In this document: in pieces, positions 12,101 to 26,205 of the stretch
Position numbering within the stretch: position 1 is the stretch's first letter
How the letters are laid out: each line of letters starts with the position of its first letter
Source of the DNA: Camelus dromedarius
Taxonomy: Eukaryota
Direction of reading: 5' to 3'
Assembly (NCBI RefSeq): GCF_036321535.1
Contig: NC_087436.1
Span: 1,674,001 to 1,738,000, forward strand
DNA: 64,000 bases
Notes under the pieces: model-generated
The model's database searches: none
Told to the model about the DNA's origin: nothing
The model's input: the letters and a program-made list of their open reading frames with translations, nothing else
Position numbers and translations under genes: made by a program

Positions 12101-13826
12101 TTCATCTAGCACAAAGGGAATTTGTTGCAGGAGAAACTTTTACTCTGGTTTCTCAGTCTGTTTCCTACTGACGGTTTGAATTTCCTGCAGTTTTCACTGT
12201 AAAACGGATTTGAAGCTAGTACCTCCCCATATATATATATGGAGTGGAATTTGCAACTGAAAAGAAACTTTGTGTTCCCAACAAGCTAGGTGAAGGACGG
12301 CTTTCACACACACTTATCTCTCAGAACTGAGCATGTGGAGAGACTTTCGTTCATCTAGCACAAAGGAAACGCGTTGCAATTGAAAATTTTACTCTGGTTT
12401 CTCAGACTGTTTCCTACTGCCGGTATGAAGTTCCTGCAGTTTTCACTGTAAAAACGAGTTGGAGCTAGTACCTCCCCATATATATTTATTGAGTGGAGTT
12501 TGCAACTGAAAAGAAACTTTGTGTTCCCAACAATCTAGGTGAAGGACGGATTTCACACACACTTATCTCTCAGAATTGAGCATGTGGAGAGACGTTCGTT
12601 CATCTAGCACAAAGGGAATGGGTTGCAGGTGAAACTTTTACTCTGGTTTCTCAGTCTGTTTCCTAGTGCCGGTTTGAACTTCCTGCAGTATTCACTGTAA
12701 AACAGATTTGGAGCTAGTACCTCCCCATATATATATATATGGAGTGGAGTTTGCAACTTAAAAGAAACTTTGTGTTCCCAACAAGTTAGGTGAAGGACGG
12801 CTTTCACACACACTTTTCTCTCAGAACTGAGCATGTGGAGAGACGTTCGTTTATCTAGCACAAAGGGTATGGGTTGCAGGAGAAACTATTACTCTGGTTT
12901 CTCAGTGTGTTTCCTAGTGCCAGTTTGAATTTCCTGCAGTTTTCACTGTAAAACAGAGTTGGAGTTATTACCTCCCCATATATATGTATGGAGTGGAATT
13001 TGCAACTGAAAAGAAACTTTGTGTTCCCAACAAGCTAGGTGAAGGACGGCTTTCACACACAATTATCTCTCAGAACTGAGCATGTGGAGAGACGTTCGTT
13101 CATCTAGCACAAAGGGAACGGGTTGCAGGTGAAACTTTTACTCTGGTTTCTCAGTCTGTTTCCTAGTGCCGATTTGAAGTTCCAGCAGTTTTCACTGTAA
13201 AACAGAGATGCTGTTATTACCTCCTCATATATATGTATGGAGTGGAGTTTGCAACTGAAAAGAAACTTTGTGTTCCTAACAAGCTAGGTGAAGTTCGGCT
13301 TTCATACACACTTATCTCTCAGAACTGAGCATGTGGAGTGACGTTCGTTCATCTAGCACAAATGGAACGGGTTGCAGGAGAAACTTTTACTCTGGTTTCT
13401 CAGTCTGTTTCCTACTGCCGGTTTGATGTTCCTGCAGATTTCACTGTAAAACCGAGTGGAGCTCGTACCTCCCCATATATATGTATGGAGTGGTGTTTGC
13501 AAGTGAAAAGAAACTTTGTGTTCCCAACAAGCTAGGTGAAGGATGGCTTTCATACACACTTATCTCTGAGAACTGAGCATGTGGAAAGACGTTCGTTCAT
13601 CTAGCACAAAGGGAACTGTTTGAAGGAGAAACTTTTACTCTGGTTTCTCTGTATGTTTCCTACTGCCGGTTTGAAGTTCCTGCAATTTTCACTGTAAAAC
13701 CGTGTTGGAGCTTGTACCTCCCCATATATATGTATGGAATGGAGTTTGCAACTGAAAAGAAACTTTATGTTCCCAACAAGCTAGGTGAAGGACGGCTTTC
13801 ACACACACTTATCTCTCAGAACTGAG

Positions 13827-16070
13827 CATGTGGAGAGACGATCGTTCATCTAGCACAAAGGGAACGGGTTGCAGGAGAAACTTTTACTCTGGTTTCTCAG
13901 TCTGTATCCTAGTACCGGTTTGAAGTTCCTGCAGTTTTAACTGTAAACAGATTTGGAGATAGTACATCCCCATATATATGTATGGAGTGGAATTTGCAAC
14001 TGGAAAGGAACTTTGTGTTCAGTACAAGCTAGGTGAAGGACGGTTTCATACACAATTATCTCTCATAACTGAGCATGTGGAGAGACGTTCGTTCATCTAA
14101 CACAAAGGGAACGGTTTGCAGGAGAAACTTTTACTCTGGTTTCTCAGTCTGTTTCTTAGTAACGGTTTGAATTTCCTGCATTTTTCACTGTAAAACCGAG
14201 TTGGAGCTAGTACCTCCCCATATATATATATGGAGTGGAGCTTGCAACTTAAAAGAAACTTTGTGTTCCCAACAAGTTAGGTGAAGGACGGCTTTCACAC
14301 ACACTTATCTCTCAGAACTGAGCATGTGGAGAGACGTTCGTTTATCTAGAACAAAGGGTATGGGTTGCAGGAGAAACTATTTCTCTGGTTTCTCAGTGTG
14401 TTTCCTAGTGCCATTTTGAATTTCCTGCAGTTTTCACTGTAAAACAGAGTTGGAGTTATTACCTCCCCATATATAAGTATGGAGTGGAGTTTGCAACTGA
14501 AAATAAACTTTGTGTTCCCAACAAGCTAGGTGAAGGACGGCTTTCACACACAATTATCTCTCAGAACTGAGCATGTGGAGAGAAGTTCGTTCATCTAGCA
14601 CAAAGGGAACTGTTTGAAGGAGAAACTTTTACTCTGGTTTCTCAGTCTGTTTCCTACTGACGGTTTGAATTTCCTGCAGTTTTCACTGTAAAACGGATTT
14701 GGAGCTAGTACCTCCCCATATATATATATGGAGTGGAATTTTTAACTGAAAAGAAACTTTGTGTTCCCAACAAGCTAGGTGAAGGACGGCTTTCACACAC
14801 ACTTATCTCTCAGAACTGAGCATGTGGAGAGACTTTCGTTCATCTAGCACAAAGGGAACGTGTTGCAAGTGAAAATTTTACTCTGGTTTCTCAGACTGTT
14901 TCCTACTGCCTGTTTGAAGTTCCTGCATTTTTCACTGTAAAACCGAGTTGGAGCTAGTACCTCCCCATATATATGTATGGAGTGGAGTTTGCAACTGAAA
15001 AGAAACTTTGTGTTCCCAACAATCAAGGTGAAGAACGGATTTCACACACACTTATCTCTCAGAATTGAGCATGTGGAGAGACGTTCGTTCATCTAGCACA
15101 AAGGGAATGGGTTGCAGGTGAAACTATTACTCTGGTTTCTCAGTCTGTTTCCTAGTGCCGGTTTGAACTTAATGCAGTATTCACTGTAAAACAGATTTGG
15201 AGCTAGTACCTCCCCATATATATATATGGAGTGGAGTTTGCAACTTAAAAGAAACTTTGTGTTCCCAACAAGTTAGGTGAAGGACGGCTTTCACACACAC
15301 TTATCTCTCAGAACTGAGCATGTGGAGAGACGATCGTTCATCTAGCACAAAGGGAACGGGTTGCAGGAGAAACTTTTACTCTGGTTTCTCAGTCTGTATC
15401 CTAGTACCGGTTTGAAGTTCCTGCAGTTTTAACTGTAAACAGATTTGGAGATAGTACATCCCCATATATATGTATGGAGTGGAATTTGCAACTGGAAAGG
15501 AACTTTGTGTTCAGTACAAGCTAGGTGAAGGACGGTTTCATACACAATTATCTCTCATAACTGAGCATGTGGAGAGACGTTCGTTCATCTAACACAAAGG
15601 GAACGGTTTGCAGGAGAAACTTTTACTCTGGTTTCTCAGTCTGTTTCTTAGTAACGGTTTGAATTTCCTGCATTTTTCACTGTAAAACCGAGTTGGAGCT
15701 AGTACCTCCCCATATATATATATGGAGTGGAGCTTGCAACTTAAAAGAAACTTTGTGTTCCCAACAAGTTAGGTGAAGGACGGCTTTCACACACACTTAT
15801 CTCTCAGAACTGAGCATGTGGAGAGACGTTCGTTTATCTAGAACAAAGGGTATGGGTTGCAGGAGAAACTATTTCTCTGGTTTCTCAGTGTGTTTCCTAG
15901 TGCCATTTTGAATTTCCTGCAGTTTTCACTGTAAAACAGAGTTGGAGTTATTACCTCCCCATATATATGTATGGAGTGGAGTTTGCAACTGAAAAGAAAC
16001 TTTGTGTTCCCAACAAGCTAGGTGAAGGACGGCTTTCACACACAATTATCTCTCAGAACTGAGCATGTGG
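13827..16070. repeat. 6-monomer (1492-bp) truncated HOR variant
   Basis: ACGATCG...GTATCCTAGTACC...TTTTAACTG monomer at 13827 and 15319; the next two monomers also match at +1492. Confidence 0.85.
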
Positions 16071-17449
16071 AGAGAAGTTCGTTCATCTAGCACAAAGGGA
16101 ACGGGTTGCAGGAGAAACTTTTACTCTGGTTTCTCAGTCTGTTTCCTAGTGCCGATTTGAAGTTCCAGCAGTTTTCACTGTAAAACAGAGATGGTGTTAG
16201 TACCTCCTCATATATATGTATGGAGTGGATTTTGCAACTGAAAAGAAACTTTGTGTTCCTAACAAGCTAGGTGAAGTTCGGCTTTCATACACACTTATCT
16301 CTCAGAACTGAGCATGTGGAGTGACGTTCGTTCATCTAGCACAAATGGAACGGGTTTCAGGAGAAATTTTACTCTGGTTTCTCAGTCTGTTTCCTACTGC
16401 CGGTTTGATGTTCCTGCAGTTTTCACTGTAAAACCGAGTTGGAGCTCGTACCTCCCCATATATATGTATGGAGTGGTGTTTACAAGTGAAAAGAAACTTT
16501 GTGTTCCCAACAAGCTAGGTGAAGGATGGCTTTCAAACACACTTATCTCTGAGAACTGAGCATGTGGAAAGACGTTCGTTCATCTAGCACAAAGGGAACT
16601 GGTTGAAGGAGAAACTTTTACTCTGGTTTCTCTGTATGTTTCCTACTGCCGGTTTGAATTTCGTGCAGTATTCACTGTAAAACCGAGTTGGAGCTTGTAC
16701 CTCCCCATATATATGTATGGAGTAGAGTTTGCAACTGAAAAGAATCTTTGTGTTCCAAACAAGCTAGGTGAAGGACGGCTTTCACACACAATTATCTCTA
16801 GGAACTGAGCATGTGGAGAGACTTTCGTTCATCTAGCACAAAGGGAACGGGTTGCAGGAGAATCTTATACTCTGGTTTCTCAGTCTGTTTCCTACTGCCG
16901 TTTTGAAGTTCCTGCAGTTTTCACTGTAAAACCGAGTGGGAGCTCGTACCTCCCCATATATATGTATGGAGAGGTGTTTGCAAGTGAAAAGAAACTTTGT
17001 GTTCTCAACAAGCTAGGTGAAGGATGGCTTTCAAACACACTTATCTCTGAGAACTGAGCATGTGGAGAGAAGTTCGTTCATCTAGCACAAAGGGAACTGT
17101 TTGAAGGAGAAACTTTTACTCTGGTTTCTCTGTCTGTTTCCTACTGACGGTTTGAAGTTCCTGCAGTTTTCACTGTAAAACCGAGTTGGAGCTAGTACCT
17201 CCCCATATATATTTATGGAGTGGAGTTTGCAAGTGAAAAGAAACATTGTGATCCCAACAAGCTAGGTGAATTAAGGCTTTCACACACACTTATCTCTCAG
17301 AACTGAGCATGTGGAGAGACGTTCGTTCATCTAGCACAAAGGAAAAAGTTTGCAGGAGAAACTTTTACTCAGGTTTCTCAGTCCTTTTCCTAGTGCCGGT
17401 TTGAAGTTCCTGCAGTTTTCACTGTAAAACCGAGTTGGAGCTCGTACCT

Positions 17450-20400
17450 CCCCATATATATGTATGGAGTGGAGTTTGCAACTGAAAAGAAACTTTGTGT
17501 TCCCAACAATCTAGGTGAAGAACAGATTTCACACACACTTATCTCTCAGAATTGAGCATGTGGAGAGACGTTCGTTCATCTAGCACAAAGGGAATGGGTT
17601 GCAGGTGAAACTATTACTCTGGTTTCTCAGTCTGTTTCCTAGTGCCGGTTTGAACTTAATGCAGTATTCACTGTAAAACAGATTTGGAGCTAGTACCTCC
17701 CCATATATATATATGGAGTGGAGTTTGCAACTTAAAAGAAACTTTGTGTTCCCAACAAGTTAGGTGAAGGACGGCTTTCACACACACTTATCTCTCAGAA
17801 CTGAGCATGTGGAGAGACGATCGTTCATCTAGCACAAAGGGAACGGGTTGCAGGAGAAACTTTTACTCTGGTTTCTCAGTCTGTATCCTAGTACCGTTTT
17901 GAAGTTCCTGCAGTTTTCACTGTAAACAGATTTGGAGATAGTACATCCCCATATATATGTATGGAGTGGAATTTGCAACTGGAAAGGAACTTTGTGTTCA
18001 GTACAAGCTAGGTGAAGGACGGTTTCATACACAATTATCTCTCATAACTGAGCATGTGGAGAGACGTTCGTTCATCTAACACAAAGGGAACGGTTTGCAG
18101 GAGAAACTTTTACTCTGGTTTCTCAGTCTGTTTCTTAGTAACGGTTTGAATTTCCTGCATTTTTCACTGTAAAACCGAGTTGGAGCTAGTACCTCCCCAT
18201 ATATATATATGGAGTGGAGCTTGCAACTTAAAAGAAACTTTGTGTTCCCAACAAGTTAGGTGAAGGACGGCTTTCACACACACTTATCTCTCAGAACTGA
18301 GCATGTGGAGGGACGTTCGTTTATCTAGAACAAAGGGTATGGGTTGCAGGAGAAACTATTTCTCTGGTTTCTCAGTGTGTTTCCTAGTGCCATTTTGAAT
18401 TTCCTGCAGTTTTCACTGTAAAACAGAGTTGGAGTTATTACCTCCCCATATATATGTATGGAGTGGAGTTTGCAACTGAAAAGAAACTTTGTGTTCCCAA
18501 CAAGCTAGGTGAAGGACGGCTTTCACACACAATTATCTCTCAGAACTGAGCATGTGGAGAGAAGTTCGTTCATCTAGCACAAAGGGAACGGGTTGCAGGA
18601 GAAACTTTTACTCTGGTTTCTCAGTCTGTTTCCTAGTGCCGATTTGAAGTTCCAGCAGTTTTCACTGTAAAACAGAGATGGTGTTAGTACCTCCTCATAT
18701 ATATGTATGGAGTGGATTTTGCAACTGAAAAGAAACTTTGTGTTCCTAACAAGCTAGGTGAAGTTCGGCTTTCATACACACTTATCTCTCAGAACTGAGC
18801 ATGTGGAGTGACGTTCGTTCATCTAGCACAAATGGAACGGGTTTCAGGAGAAATTTTACTCTGGTTTCTCAGTCTGTTTCCTACTGCCGGTTTGATGTTC
18901 CTGCAGTTTTCACTGTAAAACCGAGTTGGAGCTCGTACCTCCCCATATATATGTATGGAGTGGTGTTTACAAGTGAAAAGAAACTTTGTGTTCCCAACAA
19001 GCTAGGTGAAGGATGGCTTTCAAACACACTTATCTCTGAGAACTGAGCATGTGGAGAGAAGTTCGTTCATCTAGCACAAAGGGAACTGTTTGAAGGAGAA
19101 ACTTTTACTCTGGTTTCTCAGTCTGTTTCCTACTGACGGTTTGAATTTCCTGCAGTTTTCACTGTAAAACGGATTTGGAGCTAGTACCTCCCCATATATA
19201 TATATGGAGTGGAATTTTTAACTGAAAAGAATCTTTGTGTTCCCAACAAGCTAGGTGAAGGACGGCTTTCACACACACTTATCTCTCAGAACTGAGCATG
19301 TGGAGAGACTTTCGTTCATCTAGCACAAAGGGAACGTGTTGCAAGTGAAAATTTTACTCTGGTTTCTCAGACTGTTTCCTAGTGCCTGTTTGAAGTTCCT
19401 GCATTTTTCACTGTAAAACCGAGTTGGAGCTAGTACCTCCCCATATATATGTATGGAGTGGAGTTTGCAACTGAAAAGAAACTTTGTGTTCCCAACAATC
19501 TAGGTGAAGAACGGATTTCACACACACTTATCTCTCAGAATTGAGCATGTGGAGAGACGTTCGTTCATCTAGCACAAAGGGAATGGGTTGCAGGTGAAAC
19601 TATTACTCTGGTTTCTCAGTCTGTTTCCTAGTGCCGGTTTGAACTTAATGCAGTATTCACTGTAAAACAGATTTGGAGCTAGTACCTCCCCATATATATA
19701 TATGGAGTGGAGTTTGCAACTTAAAAGAAACTTTGTGTTCCCAACAAGTTAGGTGAAGGACGGCTTTCACACACACTTATCTCTCAGAACTGAGCATGTG
19801 GAGAGACGATCGTTCATCTAGCACAAAGGGAACGGGTTGCAGGAGAAACTTTTACTCTGGTTTCTCAGTCTGTATCCTAGTACCGGTTTGAAGTTCCTGC
19901 AGTTTTAACAGTAAACAGATTTGGAGATAGTACATCCCCATATATATGTATGGAGTGGAATTTGCAACTGGAAAGGAACTTTGTGTTCAGTAAAAGCTAG
20001 GTGAAGGACGGTTTCATACACAATTACTCTCATAACTGAGCATGTGGAGAGACGTTCGTTCATCTAACACAAAGGGAACGGTTTGCAGGAGAAACTTTTA
20101 CTCTGGTTTCTCAGTCTGTTTCTTAGTAACGGTTTGAATTTCCTGCATTTTTCACTGTAAAACCGAGTTGGAGCTAGTACCTCCCCATATATATATATGG
20201 AGTGGAGCTTACAACTTAAAAGAAACTTTGTGTTCCCAACAAGTTAGGTGAAGGACGGCTTTCACACACACTTATCTTTCAGAACTGAGCATGTGGAGAG
20301 ACGTTCGTTTATCTAGAACAAAGGGTATGGGTTGCAGGAGAAACTATTTCTCTGGTTTCTCAGTGTGTTTCCTAGTGCCATTTTGAATTTCCTGCAGTTT

Positions 20401-23400
20401 TCACTGTAAAACAGAGTTGGAGTTATTACCTCCCCATATATATGTATGGAGTGGAGTTTGCAACTGAAAAGAAACTTTGTGTTCCCAACAAGCTAGGTGA
20501 AGGACGGCTTTCACACACAATTATCTCTCAGAACTGAGCATGTGGAGAGAAGTTCGTTCATCTAGCACAAAGGGAACGGGTTGCAGGAGAAACTTTTACT
20601 CTGGTTTCTCAGTCTGTTTCCTAGTGCCGATTTGAAGTTCCAGCAGTTTTCACTGTAAAACAGAGATGGTGTTAGTACCTCCTCATATATATGTATGGAG
20701 TGGATTTTGCAACTGAAAAGAAACTTTGTGTTCCTAACAAGCTAGGTGAAGTTCGGCTTTCATACACACTTATCTCTCAGAACTGAGCATGTGGAGTGAC
20801 GTTCGTTCATCTAGCACAAATGGAACGGGTTTCAGGAGAAATTTTACTCTGGGTTCTCAGTCTGTTTCCTACTGCCGGTTTGATGTTCCTGCAGTTTTCA
20901 CTGTAAAACCGAGTTGGAGCTCGTATCTCCCCATATATATGTATGGAGTGGTGTTTACAAGTGAAAAGAAACTTTGTGTTCCCAACAAGCTAGGTGAAGG
21001 ATGGCTTTCAAACACACTTATCTCTGAGAACTGAGCATGTGGAAAGACGTTCGTTCATCTAGCACAAAGGGAACTGGTTGAAGGTGAAACTTTTACTCTG
21101 GTTTCTCTGTATGTTTCCTACTGCCGGTTTGAAGTTCCTGCAGTATTCACTGTAAAACCGAGTTGGAGCTTGTACCTCCCCATATATATGTATGGAGTAG
21201 AGTTTGCAACTGAAAAGAATCTTTGTGTTCCAAACAAGCTAGGTGAAGGACGGCTTTCACACACAATTATCTCTAGGAACTGAGCATGTGGAGAGACTTT
21301 CGTTCATCTAGCACAAAGGGAACGGGTTGCAGGAGAATCTTATACTCTGGTTTCTCAGTCTGTTTCCTACTGCCGTTTTGAAGTTCCTGCAGTTTTCACT
21401 GTAAAACCGAGTGGGAGCTCGTACCTCCCCATATATATGTATGGAGAGGTGTTTGCAAGTGAAAAGAAACTTTGTGTTCCCAACAAGCTAGGTGAAGGAT
21501 GGCTTTCAAACACACTTATCTCTGAGAACTGAGCATGTGGAGAGAAGTTCGTTCATCTAGCACAAAGGGAACTGTTTGAAGTAGAAACTTTTACTCTGGT
21601 TTCTCTGTCTGTTTCCTACTGACGGTTTGAATTTCCTGCAGTTTTCACTGTAAAACAGATTTGAAGCTAGAACATCCCCATATATATTTATGGAGTGGAG
21701 TTTGCAACTGAAAAGAAACTTTGTGTTCCCAACAAGCTAGGAGAAGGACGGCTTTCACACACACTTATCTCTCAGAACTGAGCATGTGGAGAGACGTTCG
21801 TTCATCTAGCACAAATGGAACGGGTTGCAGGTGAAAATTTTACTCTGGTTTCTCAGACTGTTTCCTACTGCCGGTTTGAAGTTCCTGCAGTTTTCACTGT
21901 AAAACCGAGTTGGAGCTAGTACCTCCCCATATATATTTATGGAGTGGAGTTTGCAAGTGAAAAGAAACATTGTGATCCCAACAAGCTAGGTGAATTAAGG
22001 CTTTCACACACACTTATCTCTCAGAACTGAGCATGAGGAGAGACGTTCGTTCATCTAGCACAAAGGAAAAAGTTTGCAGGAGAAACTTTTACTCAGGTTT
22101 CTCAGTCATTTTCCTAGTGCCGGTTTGAAGTTCCTGCAGTTTTCACTGTAAAACCGAGTTGGAGCTCGTACCTCCCCATATATATGTATGGAGTGGAGTT
22201 TGCAACTGAAAAGAAACTTTGTGTTCCCAACAAGCTAGGTGAAGGCGGCTTTCACACACACTTATCTCTCAGAACTGAGAATGTGGAGAGACGTTCGTTC
22301 ATCTAGCACAAAGGGAACGGGTTGCAGGAGAAACTTTTATTCTTGTTTCTCAGTCTGTATCCTAGTACCGGTTTGAAGTTCCTGCAGTTTTCACTGTAAA
22401 CAGATTTGGAGCTTGTACATCCCCATATATATATATGGAGTGGAGTTTGCAACTTAAAAGAAACTTTGTGTTCCCAACAAGTTAGGCGAAGGACGGCTTT
22501 AACACACACTTATCTCTCAGAACTGAGCATGTGGAGAGACGATTGTTCATCTAGCACAAAGGGTATGATTTGCAGGAGAAACTATTACTCTGTTTTCTCA
22601 GTGTGTTTCCTAGTGCCAGTTTGAATTTCCTGCAGTTTTCACTGTAAAACAGGGTTGGAGTTATTACCTACCCATATATATGTACTGATAGAAGTTTGCA
22701 AATGAAAAGAAACTTTGTGTTCCCAACAACCTAGGTGAAGGACGGCTTTCACACACACTTATCTCTCAGAACTTAGCATGTGGAGACACGTTCGTTCATC
22801 TAGCACAAAGGGAATGGGTTGCAGGAGAAACTTTTACTCTGGTTTCTCAGTCTGTTTCCTACTGACGGTTTGAATTTCCTGCAGTTTTCACTGTAAAACG
22901 GATTTGGAGCTAGTACCTCCCCATATATATATATGGAGTGGAATTTGCAACTGAAAAGAAACTTTGTGTTCCCAACAAGCTAGGTGAAAGACGGCTTTCA
23001 CACACACTTATCTCTCAGAACTGAGCATGTGGAGAGACTTTCGTTCATCTAGAACAAAGGGAACGGGTTGCAAGTTAAAATTTTACTCTGGTTTCTCAGA
23101 CTGTTTCCTACTGCCGGTTTGAAGTTCCTGTAGTTTTCACTGTAAAACCGAGTTCGAGCTAGAACCTCCCCATATATATGTATGGAGTGGAGTTTGCAAC
23201 TGAAAAGAAACTTTGTGTTCCCAACAATCTAGGTGAAGGACGGATTTCACACACACTTATCCCTCAGAATTGAGTATGTGGAGAGACGTTCGTTCATCTA
23301 GCACAAAGGGAATGGGTTGCAGGTGAAACTTTTACTCTGGTTTCTCAGTCTGTTTCCTAGTGCCGGTTTGATCTTCCTGCAGTATTCACTGTAAAACAGA

Positions 23401-26205
23401 TTTGGAGCTAGTACCTCCCCATATATATATATGGAGTGGAGTTTGCAACTTAAAAGAAACTTTGTGTTCCCAACAAGTTAGGTGAAGGACGGCTTTCACA
23501 CACACTTATCTCTCAGAACTGAGCATGTGGAGAGACGTTCGTTCATCTAGCAAAAAGGGAACGGGTTGCAGGAGAAACTTTTACTCTGGTTTCTCAGTCT
23601 GTATCCTAGTACCGGTTTGAAGTTCCTGCAGTTTTCACTGTAAACAGATTTGGAGATAGTACATCCCCATATATATGTATGGAGTGGAATTTGCAACTGA
23701 AAAGGAACTTTGTGTTCAGTACAAGCTAGGTGAAGGACGGTTTCATACACACTTATCTCTCAGAACTGAGCATGTGGAGAGACGTTCGTTCATCTAGCAC
23801 AAAGGGAACGTTTTGCAGGAGAAACATTTACTCTGGTTTCTCAGTCTTTTTCTTAGTAACGGTTTGAATTTCCTGCATTTTTCACTGTAAAACCGAGTTG
23901 GAGCTAGTACCTCCCCATATATATAAATGGAGTGGAGCTTGCAACTTAAAAGAAACTTTGTGTTCCCAACAAGTTAGGTGAAGGACGGCTTTCACACACA
24001 CTTATCTCTCAGAACTGAGCATGTGGAGAGACGTTCGTTTATCTAGAACAAAGGATATGGGTTGCAGGGGAAACTATTACTCTGGTTTCTCAGTGTGTTT
24101 CCTAGTGCCAGTTTGAATTTCCTGCAGTTTTCACTGTAAAACAGAGTTGGAGTTATTACCTCCCCATATATATGTATGGAGTGGAGTTTGCAACTGAAAA
24201 GAAACTTTGTGTTCCCAACAAGCTAGGTGAAGGACGGCTTTCACACACAATTATCTCTCAGAACTGAGCATGTGGAGAGAAGTTCGTTCATCTAGCACAA
24301 AGGGAACGGGTTGCAGGAGAAACTTTTACTCTGGTTTTTCAGTCTGTTTCCTAGTGCCGATTAGAAGTTCCAGCAGTTTTCACTGTAAAACAGAGATGGT
24401 GATAGTACCTCCTCATATATATGTATGGAGTGGATTTTGCAACTGAAAAGAAACTTTGTGTTCCTAACAAGCTAGGTGAAGGTCGGCTTTCATACACACT
24501 TATCTCTCAGAAATGAGCATGTGGAGTGACGTTCGTTCATCTAGCACAAATGGAACGGTTTGCAGGAGAAACTTTTACTCTGGTTTCTCAGTCTGTTTCC
24601 TACTGCCGGTTTGATGTTCCTGCAGTTTTCACTGTAAAACCGAGTTGGAGCTCGTACCTTCCCATATATATGTATGGAGTGGTGTTTGCAAGTGAAAAGA
24701 AACTTTGTGTTCCCAACAAGCTAGGTGAAGGATGGCTTTCAAACACACTTATCTCTGAGAAATGAGCATGTGGAAAGACGTTCGTTCATCTAGCACAAAG
24801 GGAACTGTCTGAAGGAGAAACTTTTACTCTGGTTTCTCTGTATGTTTCCTACTGCCGATATGAAGTTCCTGCAGTTTTCACTGTAAAACCGAGTTGGAGC
24901 TTGTACCTCCCCATATATATGTATGGAGTGGAGTTTGCAACTGAAAAGAATCTTTGTGTTCCCAACAAGCTAGGTGAAGGACGGCTTTCACACACAATTA
25001 TCTCTCAGAACTGAGCATGTGGAGAGACTTTCGTTCATCTAGCACAAAAGGAATGGGTTGCAGGAGAAACTTATTCTCTGGTTTCTCAGTCTGTTTCCTA
25101 CTGCCGGTTTGAAGTTCCTGCAGTTTTCACTGTAAAACCGAGTTGGAGCTCGTACCACCCCATATATATGTATGGAGAGGAGTTTGCAAGTGAAAAGAAA
25201 CTTTGTGTTCCCAACAAGCTTGGTGAAGGATGGCATTCAAACACACTTATCTCTGAGAACTGAGCATGTGGAGAGAATTTCGTTCATCTAGCACAAAGGG
25301 AACTGTTTGAAGGAGAAACTTTTACTCTGGTTTCTCTGTCTGTTTCCTACTGCCGGTTTGAAGTTCCTGCAGTTTTCACTGTAAAACCGAGTTGGAGCTA
25401 GTACCTCCCCATATATATGTATGTAGTGGAGTTTGCAAGTGAAAAGAAACATTGTGTTCCCAACAAGCTAGGTGAAGTACGGCTTTCACACACACTTATC
25501 TCTCAGAACTGAGCATGTGGAGAGACGTTCGTTCATCTAGCACAAAGGAAAAAGTTTGCAGGAGAAACTATTACTCAGGTTTCTCAGTCCTTTTCCTAGT
25601 GCCGGTTTGAATTTCCTGCAGTTTTCACTGTAAAACCGAGATGGTGCTATTACTTCCTCATATATATGTATGGAGTGGAGTTTGCAACTGAAAAGAAACT
25701 TTGTGTTCCCAACAAGCTAGGTGAAGGCGGCTTTCACACACACATATCTCTCAGAACTGAGCATGTGGAGAGACGTTCGTTCATCTAGCACAAAGGGAAC
25801 GGGTTGCAGGAGAAACTTTTATTCTTGTTTATCAGTCTGTATCCTAGTACCGGTTTGAAGTTCCTGCAGTTTTCACTGTAAACAGATTTGGTGCTTGTAC
25901 ATCCCCATATATATATATGGAGTGGAGTTTGCAACTTAAAAGAAACTTTGTGTTCCCAACAAGTTAGGCGAAGGACGGCTTTCACACACACTTATCTCTC
26001 AGAACTGAGCATGTGGAGAGACGTTTGTTCATCTAGCACAAAGGGTGTGGTTTGCAGGAGAAACTATTACTCTGTTTTCTCAGTGTGTTTCCTAGTGCCA
26101 GTTTGAATTTCCTGCAGTTTTCACTGTAAAACAGAGTTGGAGTTATTACCTCCCCATATATATGTATGGAGTGGAGTTTGCAACTGAAAAGAAACTTTGT
26201 GTTCC
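17450..26205. repeat. Near-identical copy of block ~45-9050 (offset 17404-17405 bp = 70 monomers, then 17155 after a one-monomer deletion)
   Basis: ORF pairs with identical translations: 424/17829, 1396/18801, 3385/20789, 4899/22303, 6143/23547, 7122/24526, 7635/25039, then 8630/25785. Rare variants are shared (TACCGTTTTG, CTGGGTTC). Confidence 0.95.
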
